A stretch of 64,000 nt of DNA from Arenicellales bacterium. Lineage in GTDB: Bacteria > Pseudomonadota > Gammaproteobacteria > Arenicellales > JAJDZL01. The translations under genes were made by a program, and so were the position numbers. Positions 21,008-30,105 of the stretch are shown here, piece by piece (the first letter of the stretch is position 1; each line of letters opens with the position of its first letter). Where the stretch lies: NCBI GenBank assembly GCA_965262855.1, contig OZ253563.1, forward strand, positions 278,228 through 342,227. The letters run 5' to 3'. The notes under the pieces are model-generated. The model was not told the origin of the DNA, ran no database searches, and was given only the letters and a program-made list of their open reading frames with translations.

Positions 21008-21517
21008 TCAGCCAATTTGAAGTCCATGCATCCGTCTGAGGTTCAACGACAGGCACACCAGATCCCACTCACCGTGCACTTTTGTCAATCCTCGCAGGCT
21101 TAATTGGGGAAATCCCTATACGTGCTTGATCCATCCATTCGGCGGCCTCCGACAACCATTTGCGCTGACCGTACAAAGTGCGACCGTCTGCAGTTCTGAG
21201 CTTCTCGACGCATCCGTTGCCGAACCGCTCAATTATGCGCGTTAATTGACGCCAATCGCTTCTCTCAGCCCAACGCAATGTAACCTTCAATGCCTTGATC
21301 CTCCAACCGCTCAAAATCCTTCTCATTCGCGTAGCCCGCATCGGTCATCTCCTGCATACAGCACATAAAACGCCGACAAATCCAGACGCTCTACTATATC
21401 CCGGATATGATGCGCCAGATGATTATCGGACAACCACTCGCGAAGATCCGGCAGCAGCAAGAGCGGTTGTTCCGGATCATAGCAACGAAAACGGGTCGGC
21501 ATGCTCTTGGTTCTCAA
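21008..21517 (-). pseudogene. IS1182-family transposase remnant (internally deleted, frameshifted)
   Basis: The N-terminus YDPEQPLLLLPDLREWLSDNHLAHHIRDIVERLDLS is joined directly to late-region motifs read in other frames (TDAGYANEKDFERLEDQGIEGYIALG; SLRGLTKVHGEWDLVCLSLNLRRM). Confidence 0.6.
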
Positions 21518-21546
21518 TCAATTATTTTTGGAAATAATACTAATAT

Positions 21547-22888
21547 CACTGCTGTCCCAACGTTAACTTGAAATGTTGTTCTAATGTATTGTTTTTACGA
21601 ATATAATTGCTGTTTATGGGGTGTCAGAGGCTTGAATGTTCCAAGCAGTTCCGTAGACCCCTGTGCAAACTGTAAAACTCAACATTTTGGGACAACTATA
21701 TATCATGTACGACGGCAAACTGGTTTTCTCTCAAGTGATGGATTTTATTCCATGGCACACTTTCCGACGTTGTGTAAAACGCTATGATGGCGAACACAAG
21801 GTCCTTTCGTTCCGATGCACCGAGCAATATCGTTGCATGGCATTCGCCCAGCTGACTTACCGTGAAAGCCTGCGAGACATCGAAACCTGCCTGCGTGCGC
21901 AGTCGCACAAGCTTCCTCACATGGGAATTATCAACGGAGTGTCAAGAAACACACTGGCAAATGCCAACAAAATGCGCGATTGGCGAATCTATGCTGATTT
22001 TGCACAGCGGCTGATTCACACCGCTCGCAATCTGTATGCTGACCAAGATCATGAATTGGATCTGGACAACACCGTCTACGCACTGGATTCTTCAACCATT
22101 GACCTGTGTCTGTCGCTGTTTCCCTGGGCACCGTTTCGCAGCACCAAAGCAGCGGTCAAACTCCACACCCTGCTTGATTTACGCGGCAATATCCCGGCTT
22201 TCATCCATATCTCCGATGGCAAACTGCATGATGTCAACATTTTGGATCAACTGCTCCCCGAAATCGGTGCGTTCTATATCATGGACCGGGCCTATCTCGA
22301 CTTCTCTCGCCTGCACGTGATGAACCAAATCGGCAGTTTCTTCGTACTGCGAGCCAAATCCAATACCAAATATCAGCGAATCTATTCGCGCAAGGTGGAT
22401 CGTTCCACCGGCGTGGTCTGCGATCAGAGCGTCAAGTTGTGTGGCACCAACAGTAGCGACAAATACCCTGACACGCTGCGACGCATCAGTTATAAAGATC
22501 TGGAACGCAACAAGAAACTGGTGTTTCTGACCAACAATACACAACTGCCGGCACTCACCATTGCCGAACTGTACAAGAGTCGTTGGCAGGTGGAACTGTT
22601 CTTCAAGTGGATCAAGCAGCATTTGCGCATCAAATCGTTTTACGGCGTGTCTGAAAACGCAGTCAAGAGTCAGCTATGGATTGCGATTTCGGTTTACGTT
22701 CTGTGTGCCATCATCAAGAAACGATTGAATCTGGAGCAAACTCTTTACACAATTTTGCAGACGTTGAGCCTGACTCTGTTTGAGAAAACTCCATTATTTC
22801 AACTACTTAGCCAAACGCTTTACACAACCGAACCGACCGAATCACCTAACCAATTGATTTTATTATGAAAAACGTTGGGACAGTAGTG
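21547..22888 (+). mobile_element. IS4-family insertion sequence (1342 bp) with 9-bp target-site duplication
   Basis: Terminal inverted repeats CACTGCTGTCCCAACGTT (left) and CACTACTGTCCCAACGTT (right, reverse complement) match 17/18. They are flanked by direct TACTAATAT at 21538-21546 and 22889-22897. Confidence 0.85.
21663..22868 (+). CDS. IS4-family DDE transposase (DUF4372-type N-terminus)
   Basis: VFSQVMDFIPWHTFRRCVKRYDGEHKV N-terminal domain and C-terminal YKSRWQVELFFKWIKQHL. The start is more likely the ATG at 21705. Confidence 0.85.
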   Translation: MQTVKLNILGQLYIMYDGKLVFSQVMDFIPWHTFRRCVKRYDGEHKVLSFRCTEQYRCMAFAQLTYRESLRDIETCLRAQSHKLPHMGIINGVSRNTLANANKMRDWRIYADFAQRLIHTARNLYADQDHELDLDNTVYALDSSTIDLCLSLFPWAPFRSTKAAVKLHTLLDLRGNIPAFIHISDGKLHDVNILDQLLPEIGAFYIMDRAYLDFSRLHVMNQIGSFFVLRAKSNTKYQRIYSRKVDRSTGVVCDQSVKLCGTNSSDKYPDTLRRISYKDLERNKKLVFLTNNTQLPALTIAELYKSRWQVELFFKWIKQHLRIKSFYGVSENAVKSQLWIAISVYVLCAIIKKRLNLEQTLYTILQTLSLTLFEKTPLFQLLSQTLYTTEPTESPNQLILL

Positions 22889-23074
22889 TACTAATATCTT
22901 AAATTATATCCTAACTATCTGTTTTACATGGCTTATCATTCTTTCTTTCGATTTGGAATCGACCCAAACTCCTAAGCATTGCAAAACAGAATGTACAAGT
23001 GACTTATAGCACACGAGTGCAGTCAACATCGAATTTTCGGAGCATGTCAATAGGCCAGCATCTAGAACTATCAG

Positions 23075-23425
23075 TTACTTCCGGACAGTTGCAATTGCAT
23101 CCGCCTGAGTAGCGTGCATTGGAATGACTCTCGCAAAACCACTAATCTCGAAAACCTCTCTCACCGAATCATTAATCGCACACAGCATGAATTGCGCATG
23201 TTGAGAAAACAAAGTCTTGGCAAGGGATAGCATAAATTGAAGGCCAGAACTATTGATGTAGGAAAGGGAACTAAGATCCATGATAACGGCAGTAGTGTCG
23301 CTTCTCATCATCTTTTTAATAGCATCTCCGACGGCCATCTGTAAACTTTCGATATCATTGGGGATAATACGTCCCTCTAGAACCACGATTATTGCGGTGC
23401 CGTTGAGTTCAGTTTTTATTTCCAT
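23075..23425 (-). CDS. STAS-domain protein (anti-sigma-factor antagonist-like)
   Basis: 116 aa with LEGRI...AVIMDLSSLSYINSSGLQFMLSLAK, typical of SpoIIAA/STAS. Confidence 0.7.
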   Translation of the reverse strand: MEIKTELNGTAIIVVLEGRIIPNDIESLQMAVGDAIKKMMRSDTTAVIMDLSSLSYINSSGLQFMLSLAKTLFSQHAQFMLCAINDSVREVFEISGFARVIPMHATQADAIATVRK

Positions 23426-23680
23426 ATTTATCGTGTGCCAAATGAATATTCATACGGTTCTGGCAACAATGAATTTCTGTAGTATAGTTTATATTAAATA
23501 TGTTACTTTAGAAGGTAAGTTCCCTAATCAAGGCAAATTTTTTGTCACGCTAACCGAACGCCATCGACTCGTGATTTTAGCCTATGGATCACAAGTATGT
23601 TCAGGCCACTGGCATGAAACCATGCACTGTGCCTGATTTGAACCGCTTCAGGTGATGCCGCAACCGATTTTCAGTATTCT

Positions 23681-25746
23681 TTCAGTGAACTGTCCTATGG
23701 GAGTACGGATTTTTCCTGTTTCGGCTGTTGCCGAACAACGATTTTTCGCAATCACAATTCGGTGGGTCATCGACATACGGCCCCGGTGATCGGCGAACGC
23801 CGACCCCTGCGTCGCGTGTTCCCGGCCAGGCCCAGATAATCCAGGAGCAAACGTGCGTTGGTGCGCAATTTGCGCATCGTCGGCGCAACTGATTCTGCGT
23901 GCCGTCTGATCACCGAGATCGCAAATCGGCGAAGTGCCGTGACGTTTTCCGGTCCATGCCCGGTGCGAATCAGAAGGTGATCCTCGTGCCAGGTGTTTGA
24001 GTCGTCCAAAATGCGATGATTCGATTCAATGGTCCAATGGCCGCGGTTGAGCCCCAGCAAAGTCTTCGGATCAGCCTGAGCGGCTTGCAGTGAGGTGATC
24101 CCGACAACGGTTTCCTGCGTCGTCTTGGTTACCTCGCCACGCCGGTAGTGGTCAATCGTGCGACGAATGCGGAATATCTGCGCGATGTCCGGAAATTTCG
24201 ACTCGCGATTCAGATACGCCATCAGTTCGGCATTGTCGCTGACCCGGATTTCGCGGATCTCATGACGTCCATGCTGGACCTTGGGCACCTTTTTCCCTGC
24301 ATCGGTCGCGTCACCGGTGCGGGTGACAAAGTCAGCTTCAGTATCCGGTCTGAGTCGAAGCAGATCGGTAAAATGAATACTCACCTCGCCAGTGAGATCT
24401 TTCTGGTTGTTCTTGAGAATAAACATATAGTGCCCGCCCCGGCTGAGAATATAGCTCGCAATCGCATGCTGCGTCAACAGCGCATCAGCGGTGATCACTT
24501 TGCCATTGAGGTCATCAATCGATTTCAGCAACGGGATGCACGCGCCGATCTCGTTGGTGTACTTTTGCTCCTCACTCCCGTCCGAGTCAAGCCTCATCTT
24601 TTTTTTTGCCAGATGCATGCGACTTTGATGCCCACAGGCGCCCAGCACATGAATCTGGCGATTGTTCCCGTCAACCGCTCCTTTCATCGTCTTGCCATCG
24701 ATCGCAATCGCCTCATCGCAGCCGTCAATCGATATGCACCATTTGCGAAGCGCGTCATCGAACTGCCCGGGGTCGGTTCTGACCAGCGCCTCGCGGATGC
24801 AATACACGCTTGGACGCTGGACTTTGCCACGCCGCAATCCAACCCTGAAATGACGAAGCACCTTTTCTGACTGCGCCTGTACCCATTCGCCCATCTCCTG
24901 ATAGCCGCGCGCACCGCAAACTGTGGCTGCCGCCGCAATGGCCAGCAGTGTCCCGAGGCGATAGCGCCGCCCGCGACGCCCGCGCGGGTCCTCAATGTGT
25001 GAGAAATAATCCAGCAATGACTTGAAATCCGCGTCCGTATACATTTTCCTGCAAACTCCTTTCGGGAAATAGTGGGAATCAAGATGTGCGCCACCGAGCA
25101 ACCGGCGCGCATCTGACCGAAGCGGGCGCACAAACATCAGCTTCGGTGATGAGCCTTGTCGGTAGCCGCGGCGTTGTCGCCGATAGCCGGCCGTCTGCCC
25201 GATCTGTATCCAGTTCTCCGCGCGATAACAGGTTCCGGCAAAGCGCTGCGGGTCAACGAAAGTCTCCATCAGCAGCACCGGGTGTCCGAATCGCACCGGC
25301 CAGTCCTTGACGACACGCTTGGCCAGCAACGATAAAGTGCGGGATGCGAGATTCGCAATCGGCTCCAGAATGAGGAATCTGCTCTGGTTGGTGATCAGGT
25401 GCAGTCTTGCGCCACGGTCTCTTGGGTGCCAGCCGAGCCACTCATCTCGGGCGCGGCTTTTCAGGGCCGCCGCATAAAATGAACTCAGCGCAACCCATCG
25501 GCCCTGCAAAACCGCGGCATAAAACGCGCTCTCACCGATCTTGTGCGGGGCGCCAAGATAGTGATGCTGCCGCATCAGCGCAAGGAATTTCTCCTCCTCG
25601 TCGCGTCTGACCGGTACGATGACCAACTCCGACAAATTCATCTCTCACCGTTTCAGTTCAACTTCAGTTGGCTGAACCATACACGAATCAATCAGAAAAG
25701 TCCAGTATCAGACGCTATTTATTTCATATCATACAGTTGAACTGAA
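23681..25746 (-). mobile_element. ISAs1-type element encoding a DUF4338-transposase fusion (boundaries approximate)
   Basis: The block is visibly GC-richer than its flanks. Imperfect terminal inverted repeats: TTCAGTGAACTGTCCTATG at 23681 and TTCAGTTCAACTGTATG as the reverse complement ending near 25746. Confidence 0.4.
23767..25641 (-). CDS. DUF4338 domain fused to an ISAs1-family DDE transposase
   Basis: The N-terminal ~190 aa (HHYLGAPHKIGES...NQSRFLILE...NLASRTLSL...LMETFVDPQRFAGTCYRAENW) match the DUF4338 pattern. The rest (FSHIEDPRGRRGRRYRLGTLLAIAAAATVCGARGY...HWTIESNH) is ISAs1-like. Confidence 0.7.
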   Translation of the reverse strand: MNLSELVIVPVRRDEEEKFLALMRQHHYLGAPHKIGESAFYAAVLQGRWVALSSFYAAALKSRARDEWLGWHPRDRGARLHLITNQSRFLILEPIANLASRTLSLLAKRVVKDWPVRFGHPVLLMETFVDPQRFAGTCYRAENWIQIGQTAGYRRQRRGYRQGSSPKLMFVRPLRSDARRLLGGAHLDSHYFPKGVCRKMYTDADFKSLLDYFSHIEDPRGRRGRRYRLGTLLAIAAAATVCGARGYQEMGEWVQAQSEKVLRHFRVGLRRGKVQRPSVYCIREALVRTDPGQFDDALRKWCISIDGCDEAIAIDGKTMKGAVDGNNRQIHVLGACGHQSRMHLAKKKMRLDSDGSEEQKYTNEIGACIPLLKSIDDLNGKVITADALLTQHAIASYILSRGGHYMFILKNNQKDLTGEVSIHFTDLLRLRPDTEADFVTRTGDATDAGKKVPKVQHGRHEIREIRVSDNAELMAYLNRESKFPDIAQIFRIRRTIDHYRRGEVTKTTQETVVGITSLQAAQADPKTLLGLNRGHWTIESNHRILDDSNTWHEDHLLIRTGHGPENVTALRRFAISVIRRHAESVAPTMRKLRTNARLLLDYLGLAGNTRRRGRRSPITGAVCR

Positions 25747-25764
25747 CAAAAATTCGCCCTGGTT

Positions 25765-27458
25765 CCCTAATCCGCAATTAGAAATCTGAGATCAATAGAA
25801 AAGCCTTGTACAATAAGGCTTTCATAAACAATCGAATTTCACCCAATGGGTGAAGCCCAAAAATATCTCAGAGGTACAAGGCTCATGTCGATTTTACCCC
25901 ATAAAATTGGAATCAGCAAACGTATTTTAACCTCCCGCGCCGGTTTGATCGTCGTTGCACAGCTAATGCAGCGTCTTGGTCTGGAACAATTGGCGGATCG
26001 GCAATTGCCTGTAGCGGGCAGCAACCGCGGCTACCGTCAAGGCGCGATGTTCAATATTTTCATGTTGCTGTTTCATGAAGGCGGCAAATGTCTTGACGAC
26101 GTAAGCCATTTGCAAAAAGAAAAGCCTTTGATGAAGCTATTGGGCTGCGGGAAGTTGCCTGGGGCCAAGACACTGGGCAATTGGTTGCGGCGCGCCGGGC
26201 GCAGTGATCAGGCGATGCAGGGATTGGTCAATCTCAACAAAACAATTCTTGCAGCAGGGCTTTACAACCGAACGCAGATTACCTTGGACATAGATGCTAC
26301 GGTGATCGAATCGAACAAGCGTGCAGCTCGGTACACGTATAAAAAGCACCGTGGCTACACGCCGATGGTCGGGCACATCGCTGAAACCGACCAGGTGGTG
26401 GCGGTAGAGTTTCGAGAAGGCAATGAATCTCCGAACAAAGAGAATTTACAGTTCATCCAGCGCTGTGAGTCGGCATTGCCGGAGGGTGTGTCGGTATCGG
26501 ATGTTCGCATTGATGCTGCCGGCTATCAAGCCGCGGTGATCAACTATGCGATGGACAGTGGCATGGGCTTTGCGATCCGTGCCAAGATGGATAGTGCGGT
26601 CAAAGAAACCATCTCTGAAATCAAAGATTGCGAATGGCGCCCATTGGTATATCGTGATGGCAGTGAATCGGACACAGAACAGGTTTGTCGCACGTTGCAT
26701 GTGATGACAAAAACAGAAGCGTTTACGCTGATTGTGCAAAGAAAGCACATTGATGATGATGACAACTCACAGTTGGACATTTTGATCAACAGCGATGCTG
26801 AAACAGGGGTACGGGGTCGCAACATTTATCGTGCGATTGCAACCAACAAGGATGAGTTATCAGACCCCGAGGTGGTGCATTTTTATAACCAGCGTGGCGA
26901 GTCGAGCGAAAACAGAATCAAGGAGCTTCGCAGTGATTTCGCCGCCGCCAGATTGCCCTGTGGGGACTTTCATGCCAATGCAGCATGGCTGATGTTAAGC
27001 TCAATGGCCTATAACCTGTTTGCCTTGATGCGGATGGTATTGCCGCATTCGTTGTCAACTGCCCGTGCTCCTACAGTGCGTTTGCGTCTGTATGATGTCG
27101 CCGCACTGATCGTACGCCATGCCCGGCAATGGACAGTGAAAGTCAATGCCTGCCACCGCAAGGTGATGGATGAAGCGCTGGATCATATTCGAGGCTTTCC
27201 GCTGCTGTTATGAGCTGAGCGCCTCGGGTGGCGCTTTTTCGAACCGAGCTTGAATCCATTCCGACTCCGGAAGGGTTGCGCACCTTTGCACAGTGGCGAA
27301 AATGCCAGCGGACAATGCATCAGGTTGGCAATCTCCTGCAAATCCAGACAAATTCTTCGTGTTGCTCCTGTCTTCGATAATCGGAGCTGTAAAATCCAGT
27401 AAATTCGCTAAAATCTTGCTGATGTTAAGCGAATTCATTCTCTAATTTCGGATTTGGG
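25765..27458 (+). mobile_element. IS1380-family insertion sequence, copy 1 (1694 bp)
   Basis: Terminal inverted repeats CCCTAATCCGCAATTAGAAATC and CCCAAATCCGAAATTAGAGAATG (reverse complement). Every six-frame ORF translation reported for this copy is identical in copy 2. No target duplication (flanks TGGTT / TAAGT). Confidence 0.85.
25846..27213 (+). CDS. IS1380-family transposase
   Basis: 455 aa, identical to the ORF at 28581-29948. Size and overall sequence are consistent with IS1380-family transposases. Confidence 0.85.
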   Translation: MGEAQKYLRGTRLMSILPHKIGISKRILTSRAGLIVVAQLMQRLGLEQLADRQLPVAGSNRGYRQGAMFNIFMLLFHEGGKCLDDVSHLQKEKPLMKLLGCGKLPGAKTLGNWLRRAGRSDQAMQGLVNLNKTILAAGLYNRTQITLDIDATVIESNKRAARYTYKKHRGYTPMVGHIAETDQVVAVEFREGNESPNKENLQFIQRCESALPEGVSVSDVRIDAAGYQAAVINYAMDSGMGFAIRAKMDSAVKETISEIKDCEWRPLVYRDGSESDTEQVCRTLHVMTKTEAFTLIVQRKHIDDDDNSQLDILINSDAETGVRGRNIYRAIATNKDELSDPEVVHFYNQRGESSENRIKELRSDFAAARLPCGDFHANAAWLMLSSMAYNLFALMRMVLPHSLSTARAPTVRLRLYDVAALIVRHARQWTVKVNACHRKVMDEALDHIRGFPLLL

Positions 27459-27584
27459 TAAGTTGCTCACTTTAGGCTTTCCATCGGTTCTGCCATATTC
27501 AGCGAGGGACTCGACATTGTCATGATCGACATTCAGTGAGGTGATGAAGCTGTTGTGGTCGAGACGCGGGAACAGTTCCAGTTC
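27459..27584 (+). pseudogene. Possible 3' remnant of a second RND exporter gene
   Basis: Frames read LLTLGF... and ...AVVVETREQFQF, weakly like the intact RND C-terminus (VLSIGF...LLVVIDRKKL) at the equivalent position before the LolA-like gene. Tentative. Confidence 0.3.
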
Positions 27585-28335
27585 TTGATTTTTGTTTGTC
27601 GCATAGCAAGAATGCCGCTTGTGTTTTTTGTGATTTGTTTCACTGTTTGACTTTGGCCTGATGCGCTAACCCCTGTATTTTCGCAAAGCTCTACTGCGGA
27701 GGAAATCGGTTTGAAGATCGCACAGAACAGTCGTTCACGTGAAAGAGGTTTTGGTAACTTTACAGCTCAGCAAATCATGATTCTGCACAACAAACATGGA
27801 CAACAAAGCGAACGCCAGCTTAAGATAAAATTGAGGTTCTTGAGGATAGCGACAAAAGTCTGTTTGTGGTTGACGAACCTCAAGATGTCACGGGAACAGC
27901 CTTGCTAAATCATGCTCATAGGGAATCTGCAGATGACCAAGGGATTTATTTACTGGCTCTGAAACGGGTAAAGCGAATCAGTTCATCCAATGTGCCCGGC
28001 TGTTTCATGGGAAGCGAAATATTCTATGAAGACTTGTCGACTCAGGAAGTGGAGAAGTCTTCCTATCGGTATTTGCGTGACGAACCTTGCGGCGAATTGA
28101 CATGTACAGTCACTGAACGCATTCCCACGAACAAGAAATCGGGTTACAGTCGACAATTAATCTGGCAAGACCGTGACACGCTTCGGACGTGGAAAGTAGA
28201 ATATTACGATCGAAAGCGTGCACATCTGAAAACTCTCACCGTGGAGAACTACGGGCAATATTTGGATCAGAATTGGCGCGCAGGCAAGATGACCATGGTA
28301 AATCATTTGTCTGGAAAAAGCGCTGTTCTGAATTG

Positions 28336-30029
28336 CCCAAATCCGAAATTAGAGAATGAATTCGCTTAACATCAGCAAGATTTTAGCGAATTTACTGGAT
28401 TTTACAGCTCCGATTATCGAAGACAGGAGCAACACGAAGAATTTGTCTGGATTTGCAGGAGATTGCCAACCTGATGCATTGTCCGCTGGCATTTTCGCCA
28501 CTGTGCAAAGGTGCGCAACCCTTCCGGAGTCGGAATGGATTCAAGCTCGGTTCGAAAAAGCGCCACCCGAGGCGCTCAGCTCATAACAGCAGCGGAAAGC
28601 CTCGAATATGATCCAGCGCTTCATCCATCACCTTGCGGTGGCAGGCATTGACTTTCACTGTCCATTGCCGGGCATGGCGTACGATCAGTGCGGCGACATC
28701 ATACAGACGCAAACGCACTGTAGGAGCACGGGCAGTTGACAACGAATGCGGCAATACCATCCGCATCAAGGCAAACAGGTTATAGGCCATTGAGCTTAAC
28801 ATCAGCCATGCTGCATTGGCATGAAAGTCCCCACAGGGCAATCTGGCGGCGGCGAAATCACTGCGAAGCTCCTTGATTCTGTTTTCGCTCGACTCGCCAC
28901 GCTGGTTATAAAAATGCACCACCTCGGGGTCTGATAACTCATCCTTGTTGGTTGCAATCGCACGATAAATGTTGCGACCCCGTACCCCTGTTTCAGCATC
29001 GCTGTTGATCAAAATGTCCAACTGTGAGTTGTCATCATCATCAATGTGCTTTCTTTGCACAATCAGCGTAAACGCTTCTGTTTTTGTCATCACATGCAAC
29101 GTGCGACAAACCTGTTCTGTGTCCGATTCACTGCCATCACGATATACCAATGGGCGCCATTCGCAATCTTTGATTTCAGAGATGGTTTCTTTGACCGCAC
29201 TATCCATCTTGGCACGGATCGCAAAGCCCATGCCACTGTCCATCGCATAGTTGATCACCGCGGCTTGATAGCCGGCAGCATCAATGCGAACATCCGATAC
29301 CGACACACCCTCCGGCAATGCCGACTCACAGCGCTGGATGAACTGTAAATTCTCTTTGTTCGGAGATTCATTGCCTTCTCGAAACTCTACCGCCACCACC
29401 TGGTCGGTTTCAGCGATGTGCCCGACCATCGGCGTGTAGCCACGGTGCTTTTTATACGTGTACCGAGCTGCACGCTTGTTCGATTCGATCACCGTAGCAT
29501 CTATGTCCAAGGTAATCTGCGTTCGGTTGTAAAGCCCTGCTGCAAGAATTGTTTTGTTGAGATTGACCAATCCCTGCATCGCCTGATCACTGCGCCCGGC
29601 GCGCCGCAACCAATTGCCCAGTGTCTTGGCCCCAGGCAACTTCCCGCAGCCCAATAGCTTCATCAAAGGCTTTTCTTTTTGCAAATGGCTTACGTCGTCA
29701 AGACATTTGCCGCCTTCATGAAACAGCAACATGAAAATATTGAACATCGCGCCTTGACGGTAGCCGCGGTTGCTGCCCGCTACAGGCAATTGCCGATCCG
29801 CCAATTGTTCCAGACCAAGACGCTGCATTAGCTGTGCAACGACGATCAAACCGGCGCGGGAGGTTAAAATACGTTTGCTGATTCCAATTTTATGGGGTAA
29901 AATCGACATGAGCCTTGTACCTCTGAGATATTTTTGGGCTTCACCCATTGGGTGAAATTCGATTGTTTATGAAAGCCTTATTGTACAAGGCTTTTCTATT
30001 GATCTCAGATTTCTAATTGCGGATTAGGG
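28336..30029 (-). mobile_element. IS1380-family insertion sequence, copy 2 (1694 bp) with 5-bp target duplication
   Basis: Inverted relative to copy 1. Flanked by direct AATTG at 28331-28335 and 30030-30034. A 3-bp duplication is possible if the element is 2 bp longer. Confidence 0.85.
28581..29948 (-). CDS. IS1380-family transposase
   Basis: 455 aa, identical to the ORF at 25846-27213. Confidence 0.85.
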   Translation of the reverse strand: MGEAQKYLRGTRLMSILPHKIGISKRILTSRAGLIVVAQLMQRLGLEQLADRQLPVAGSNRGYRQGAMFNIFMLLFHEGGKCLDDVSHLQKEKPLMKLLGCGKLPGAKTLGNWLRRAGRSDQAMQGLVNLNKTILAAGLYNRTQITLDIDATVIESNKRAARYTYKKHRGYTPMVGHIAETDQVVAVEFREGNESPNKENLQFIQRCESALPEGVSVSDVRIDAAGYQAAVINYAMDSGMGFAIRAKMDSAVKETISEIKDCEWRPLVYRDGSESDTEQVCRTLHVMTKTEAFTLIVQRKHIDDDDNSQLDILINSDAETGVRGRNIYRAIATNKDELSDPEVVHFYNQRGESSENRIKELRSDFAAARLPCGDFHANAAWLMLSSMAYNLFALMRMVLPHSLSTARAPTVRLRLYDVAALIVRHARQWTVKVNACHRKVMDEALDHIRGFPLLL

Positions 30030-30105
30030 AATTGGACTGAATAACAGTTTCGAACGGATCTTGATGACAAAGCTTTCACGAAACTGGGTTGAAACGAGCG
30101 CGTTG

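Larger units (their letters stand above)
27585..30100 (+). pseudogene. LolA-like paralog, decayed by frameshift, in-frame stops and an IS1380 insertion
   Basis: Matches the 16397-17221 product along its length (PVFSQ..., RGFGNFTAQQIM, LALKRVKRISSSN, RQLIWQD, MVNHLSGKSAVLNW). Frameshift near 27850, IS at 28336-30029. After the IS it reads WTE*QFRTDLDDKAFTKLG* against the intact WIDFEFQTDLDNRDFTQTGL. Confidence 0.8.

Noticed and set aside
24148-24870. 240-aa plus-strand ORF inside the DUF4338-ISAs1 transposase gene
   Set aside because: It is the antisense shadow of a confidently identified transposase in a GC-rich element. No recognisable family.
25765-30029. The IS1380 pair as a composite transposon carrying cargo
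   Set aside because: Copy 2 has its own AATTG duplication, so it inserted independently. The 877-bp spacer holds only pseudogene fragments.
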